From contig CALKOM010000182.1 of the NCBI GenBank assembly GCA_938091905.1, positions 1 to 20,631 on the forward strand: a DNA stretch of 20,631 bases. The letters are read 5' to 3'. The position numbers and the translations under genes were made by a program. This stretch comes from an uncultured Verrucomicrobiales bacterium (GTDB taxonomy: Bacteria > Verrucomicrobiota > Verrucomicrobiia > Verrucomicrobiales > DEV007). Positions within the stretch are counted from its first letter, which is position 1, and each line of letters begins with the position of its first letter. Below, in pieces: positions 16,848 to 20,631 of this stretch. The notes beneath the pieces are model-generated. The model searched no databases. It saw only the letters and a program-made list of their open reading frames with translations, and had not been told where the DNA came from.

Positions 16848-18077
16848 CTAGGCCATCCCCATGACCTTCTCGGCGTCATCGATGGGGCTCGGCGCGAGTG
16901 CCCAGAACCGTTTTGCTTCCGCCTTGGTCGACAAGCCTCGATAGTGGGTGTGCAACATCTCCGACCCTTTGTGCCCCATCGCTGACACGGTGGCGTTCTC
17001 GTCGCCGTGTTCCAATAGATGATAGCTGGCGAAACAATGTCTCATCACGTCGGATGGCCAGCGCGACTGTCCTTTGGCATCATCGCCCCAAAGATCGACC
17101 TTTTCACGTGCCTGTCTGAGTAATCGTCGTATGCGGCCAGGGGAGGGGAAGATCGGGCCGCTTAACTGCCGATGTGCCTCAATCCACTCCGAAAGATTCG
17201 GCGCGATGGGAACGTAGCGCCTACGTCGCTTCTTGGCTTTCTCGCTTCGAATGTGAATCACTGGTCCATCCTCATGATCGAGCAGGACATCTTCCCAGTT
17301 AAGGTTTCTGAGTTCCTGCTCGGGTCTCAGTCCCGCGAACAAGCCAAGTGCCAGATATAGCTGCAATTCCTCATTCGCCGAGCTGAACAGGCTCGCGATC
17401 TTGGTGACGGGAAAGATGCGTGGCTCGCCTTCCTCGGCTGTATAGTTCAAGGCATGGTCGCATGGGTTACCCGAGAGATAGCCTCGCTTCCTGGCGAAAT
17501 TAAACATCCTCGATGCATACGAGTGGCTGTTCCTGAGGCTCAAGGGCTTGAGATTACGCTCGGTCTCAAGCTCACGTAACCACGCCTCGACATCAGATCG
17601 GTCAATCGCATGGATCTCGACATCAGCGCCAATCGCTTCAACGAACATCCGCGTGATGGACTTTGCCGACGCATGATTCCGTTCGCCTCCTTTCGCCCGT
17701 TCGAGTGTCTCAAGGTAACCGTCGCGCAGATCGGCCAGACTGAGCGCCGTCCGCTCGGCACGCTCAATCGCCTTACTCACCACGTGGCGTAGATTCAAGC
17801 CGAGCGCTTCGAGCTTGTCTCTGAACTCGATCACAACGGCACGCTCGTCGTCATGGATCACGCCTTGCCCATGGTTCAGAAGTTCCTCTCGTCGTTCGTT
17901 CGCATAGACCTCGGCCTCGGGCTTGGACTCGAAGGGTTTGAAGCGCCGACCCTTCTCGCCTGGATAGGAGACATACCAGCGATACTTGTCCGCGAACTTG
18001 CCACTGCTCACTCGCTTCCGCCCCTCAAACTTGCCGTTGGAGTGCAGCGCGATCTTCGCCGTCTTCTTCTTTGCCAT
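16848..18077 (-). CDS. Tyrosine recombinase / phage-type integrase (409 aa)
   Basis: LGLFAGLRPEQEL (R), SEKAKK (K), DVMRHCFASY (xxxR-H), MGH and HTHY (catalytic Y), with a SAM-like core-binding region. Intact and transcribed inward from attR. Confidence 0.93.
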   Translation of the reverse strand: MAKKKTAKIALHSNGKFEGRKRVSSGKFADKYRWYVSYPGEKGRRFKPFESKPEAEVYANERREELLNHGQGVIHDDERAVVIEFRDKLEALGLNLRHVVSKAIERAERTALSLADLRDGYLETLERAKGGERNHASAKSITRMFVEAIGADVEIHAIDRSDVEAWLRELETERNLKPLSLRNSHSYASRMFNFARKRGYLSGNPCDHALNYTAEEGEPRIFPVTKIASLFSSANEELQLYLALGLFAGLRPEQELRNLNWEDVLLDHEDGPVIHIRSEKAKKRRRRYVPIAPNLSEWIEAHRQLSGPIFPSPGRIRRLLRQAREKVDLWGDDAKGQSRWPSDVMRHCFASYHLLEHGDENATVSAMGHKGSEMLHTHYRGLSTKAEAKRFWALAPSPIDDAEKVMGMA

Positions 18078-18168
18078 GCCTTCACATTGGCCAGAACGGC
18101 AAAACGATCAAGCTATAAACGGCTTCAAAACGGCATAAGGCAACGTTAGGATCTATTTTTAAAGTGTA

Positions 18169-18222
18169 AGCATCGGTTTATAAAACCGAGGGTTGCAGGT
18201 TCGAGTCCTGTCTCACCTGCCA
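18169..18222 (+). repeat. attR: displaced 3' part of tRNA-Trp with the original CCA end
   Basis: AGCATCGGTTTATAAAACCGAGGGTTGCAGGTTCGAGTCCTGTCTCACCTGCCA; it lacks the 5' acceptor strand and most of the D-arm. Confidence 0.93.
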
Positions 18223-18309
18223 ATCCAGCCTCCCTCTTTGCCATAGGGAGTTGGGGCGTCCTCGATCATCTTGCCAGCCGAACAATCGTCTTTAGATTGA
18301 GGTTACTCT

Positions 18310-19068
18310 ATGGCTGAGCTTCCCGAAGTCCGCAACTATCTCCAGGCGCTGTTGCGTGTGGACGAAACCCCAGATTACCCGCCTGCACACAATGGTGTTC
18401 AGCTTGCCAATGACGGCTTTGTTGGCAAGGTCGGGGCAGCAGTCGATGCTTGCCTGCCGGTCATTCAACAGGCGGTCGATGCCGAGGTCGATTTCCTGGT
18501 CGTGCATCACGGACTCTTCTGGAGCGGTGTGCAGATGATTGAAGGTGCCCACTATGAGAAGTTGAAACTCGCCATGGAGCACAACCTGGCGATCTACAGT
18601 GCGCACATCCCACTCGATGTGCATGAGATCTACGGGAATAATGTTCTTCTGGCTAAAGCGCTAGGCTTGGAGGAGACTACGCCGTTCTTTCCCTGGAAGG
18701 GCATCCTCCTGGGGCGTCGGGCTCAAGTCGAGGGGTGGACGCGGAAAAGTCTCAAGGAGATGTTAGAGGGTTTGCTAGGGAGTGGTGTTCATTGTGCTCC
18801 AGGAGGATCAGAAGAGATCAGAGAGGTTGGCATCATCACTGGAGGGGCGGGTTCGGAGGTGGCTGCTATGGCGGCTGAAGGGATCGATACCTTTATCACT
18901 GGGGAAGGACCGCACCACACCTATGCTCTGGCTGAAGAGTTTGGGGTCAATCTCTTCTATGCGGGCCACTATGCGACCGAGACCTTTGGTGTTCGTGCGC
19001 TTGCTGCGCACTTAGGTGAGCACTACAACAGGCCTCATCTCTTCATCGATCATCCATCAGGTTTGTGA
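18310..19068 (+). CDS. Nif3-like dinuclear metal centre protein (YbgI/DUF34)
   Basis: NGVQL, AAVDA, LVVHHGLFW, YSAHIPLDVH..GNN, TFITGEG and AGHYATETFG. Confidence 0.95.
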   Translation: MAELPEVRNYLQALLRVDETPDYPPAHNGVQLANDGFVGKVGAAVDACLPVIQQAVDAEVDFLVVHHGLFWSGVQMIEGAHYEKLKLAMEHNLAIYSAHIPLDVHEIYGNNVLLAKALGLEETTPFFPWKGILLGRRAQVEGWTRKSLKEMLEGLLGSGVHCAPGGSEEIREVGIITGGAGSEVAAMAAEGIDTFITGEGPHHTYALAEEFGVNLFYAGHYATETFGVRALAAHLGEHYNRPHLFIDHPSGL

Positions 19069-20612
19069 GGGCAATCGGGTTCATGGTCTTGTTCGCCAGC
19101 CTACTCTGCCTGGATTGGACCAGTGCAGACGAGGGCTATCGACAACCTGACTTTGCGGTGGTGCTCTTTGATCAGACGGCCCTCACGCTGCCTCAAGAGC
19201 AGCGCATCGAGCTGGCCTGGGCATTAACAAGTTTGGCGCGGAATTTCCCTGACGACGCAACCATAACGCCTCGTGCCAAGGCCATGGCATTGTTGCTCAG
19301 CCATCATTTCCTGCCCTTTGATCGTGACATCGTAGTGGGAAATTTCCATCTCCGGCATGGACTAGCTACTCGGCCTACAGGGCACTACAAGAAGAAGGAA
19401 GAGATTATAGCGAGGATTGAGTCCATTGTCTCGATTGAGGGGGCTGAGGAGCCAGATAGTCGATTGCGCGAGCTGTTAACAGACGTCTTAGACGAAGTGC
19501 TGAACCGTGAATCCAAGGGTGCTTCTCTTTGGGATGATGCCGTCCCTCCCAGGCTACGTCCGTTGAAACAACTTACAGCTCGAGTCCAGTTCTTCGATGA
19601 ATCGGGCAAGTTTTGCTATGTGACAGGCGTGGCAAAGCCGCTGACTGACGGGGGCGCCTTTTCCATTATCCATGAGAAGCGAAGCCAGGTCTTGTCTCCG
19701 ACTTTTCATGATGATTTGGCCCTGAGTCACCCCTTTGTCGCCAGGCACTTTGAAATGACGCTCACGGGGGATTCGCGCAGCCTCGATTCGCGTATGCGAC
19801 GTGATACACTTGTGCGCTTGCTTATTGAGCAAATGGTTGATGGCTGGTCCTGGGATCTCCGGACCGCCCTTTGCGGTGTGGGTGAAGATCTATCCAACGA
19901 GCGAGTATTTGCTCGGTTGGATGCCACCGTTTCGAGGTCTCACAGCGTGGACGCTATTCTGATGCCTTCCCTGCCGCCGGCGGCTTTTCGAAATTGGATG
20001 GCCTTTGATCAGTTGGATAGGCTCACGTTGGTCGAACTGATTGCCGCTAACTCTGTGCGTGAGGTTATCGCTTGGCATGCTGAAGATGCTGACAGAGACA
20101 CTGCGCGTGCGCTTTTCTTGCGTTGTGTTCCGATGTTGGGAAAGAGAATCACGAGCCCAGAGGAGATCAGCCTGAACAGGCGGTTGCTGACATGGCTCGC
20201 AGAGATAGAAGAAGCTGTGCCCTCACATCTTTCGACGACGGTTCTCCGCAAGTATGGAACTCTTGCAAAACCGCCTCGAGCGACATTTGCTGCTTCTCTG
20301 GACTGGTTGGACAAGCAAGCGGGCAGTGTTATGGGAGTAAGCAGCCAAGGGCACAATCGCAACTTTCGCGAGAAGGTTTGTGATCCATTGCTCAAAACAC
20401 TATGGAATGTAGATCGACGGCTAGACCTGAGAACGAAAGATCTCTGCAAGGAGCTCGCCCAATACATCGATTATCGTAGTATCCCGTTCACGCGGGTTGC
20501 CAATAAGGGTACAAACACAGGCAGGCGCCAGTATATGAAACTGACTGGCGCTCAAGCAGAGTGGAGAAGGATGAAGCGTCAGGTGGAAAGCGAGTTGTCC
20601 ACCAATCGCTAA
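19065..20612 (+). CDS. Secreted hypothetical protein, possibly with a degenerate Lon (S16)-like domain
   Basis: 515-aa ORF with a GTGA overlap with the previous stop and a signal peptide MRAIGFMVLFASLLCLDWTSA. The central LLIEQMVDGWSWDLRTALCG...AILMP loosely follows the Lon C-terminal fold. Confidence 0.55.
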   Translation: MRAIGFMVLFASLLCLDWTSADEGYRQPDFAVVLFDQTALTLPQEQRIELAWALTSLARNFPDDATITPRAKAMALLLSHHFLPFDRDIVVGNFHLRHGLATRPTGHYKKKEEIIARIESIVSIEGAEEPDSRLRELLTDVLDEVLNRESKGASLWDDAVPPRLRPLKQLTARVQFFDESGKFCYVTGVAKPLTDGGAFSIIHEKRSQVLSPTFHDDLALSHPFVARHFEMTLTGDSRSLDSRMRRDTLVRLLIEQMVDGWSWDLRTALCGVGEDLSNERVFARLDATVSRSHSVDAILMPSLPPAAFRNWMAFDQLDRLTLVELIAANSVREVIAWHAEDADRDTARALFLRCVPMLGKRITSPEEISLNRRLLTWLAEIEEAVPSHLSTTVLRKYGTLAKPPRATFAASLDWLDKQAGSVMGVSSQGHNRNFREKVCDPLLKTLWNVDRRLDLRTKDLCKELAQYIDYRSIPFTRVANKGTNTGRRQYMKLTGAQAEWRRMKRQVESELSTNR

Positions 20613-20631
20613 AATTCCCTTGTTAGAATTG

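Larger units (their letters stand above)
11317..18220. mobile_element. Integrative genomic island in tRNA-Trp (6,852 bp between att copies)
   Basis: 52-bp direct repeat of the tRNA 3' part at 11317-11368 and 18169-18220 (50/52 identical), a tyrosine integrase next to the distal copy, and accessory or degraded content in between. Confidence 0.93.

Noticed and set aside
18169..18222. A second tRNA gene with anticodon ATA
   Set aside because: The 5' acceptor strand and most of the D-arm are missing; it is the att duplicate.

Overview
The window looks like a chromosome segment from a verrucomicrobial (PVC-superphylum) bacterium; this is inferred from gene types and protein styles, not from a search. 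The left 11 kb is mostly housekeeping: the end of an SMI1/KNR4-like gene, a type II glutamine synthetase with a likely sigma-54 promoter, mdh, gmhA, a degenerate GH77 amylomaltase-like gene, a Tat-exported Gfo/Idh/MocA oxidoreductase, an amidase with an in-frame TGA, a tandem LOG protein, an Nramp-like transporter, dcd and a LURP-one-like gene. A 6,852-bp integrative island sits in tRNA-Trp(CCA) (attL about 11317-11368, attR about 18169-18220) and has an intact tyrosine integrase next to attR. Inside it are gene remnants, a DDE/rve IS with 20-bp inverted ends and no target duplication, and a 2.7-kb piece of an EPS/exosortase locus ('capD-like, vanZ-like, TPR, exosortase'). That piece is cut mid-gene at both ends and bounded by two copies of a ~60-69 bp direct repeat. 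The att copies are unusual: attR keeps the whole anticodon arm but with CCA changed to ATA, and the restored tRNA gene has lost its encoded 3' CCA. Right of the island are a Nif3-like gene and a secreted protein, possibly with a degenerate Lon-like domain.
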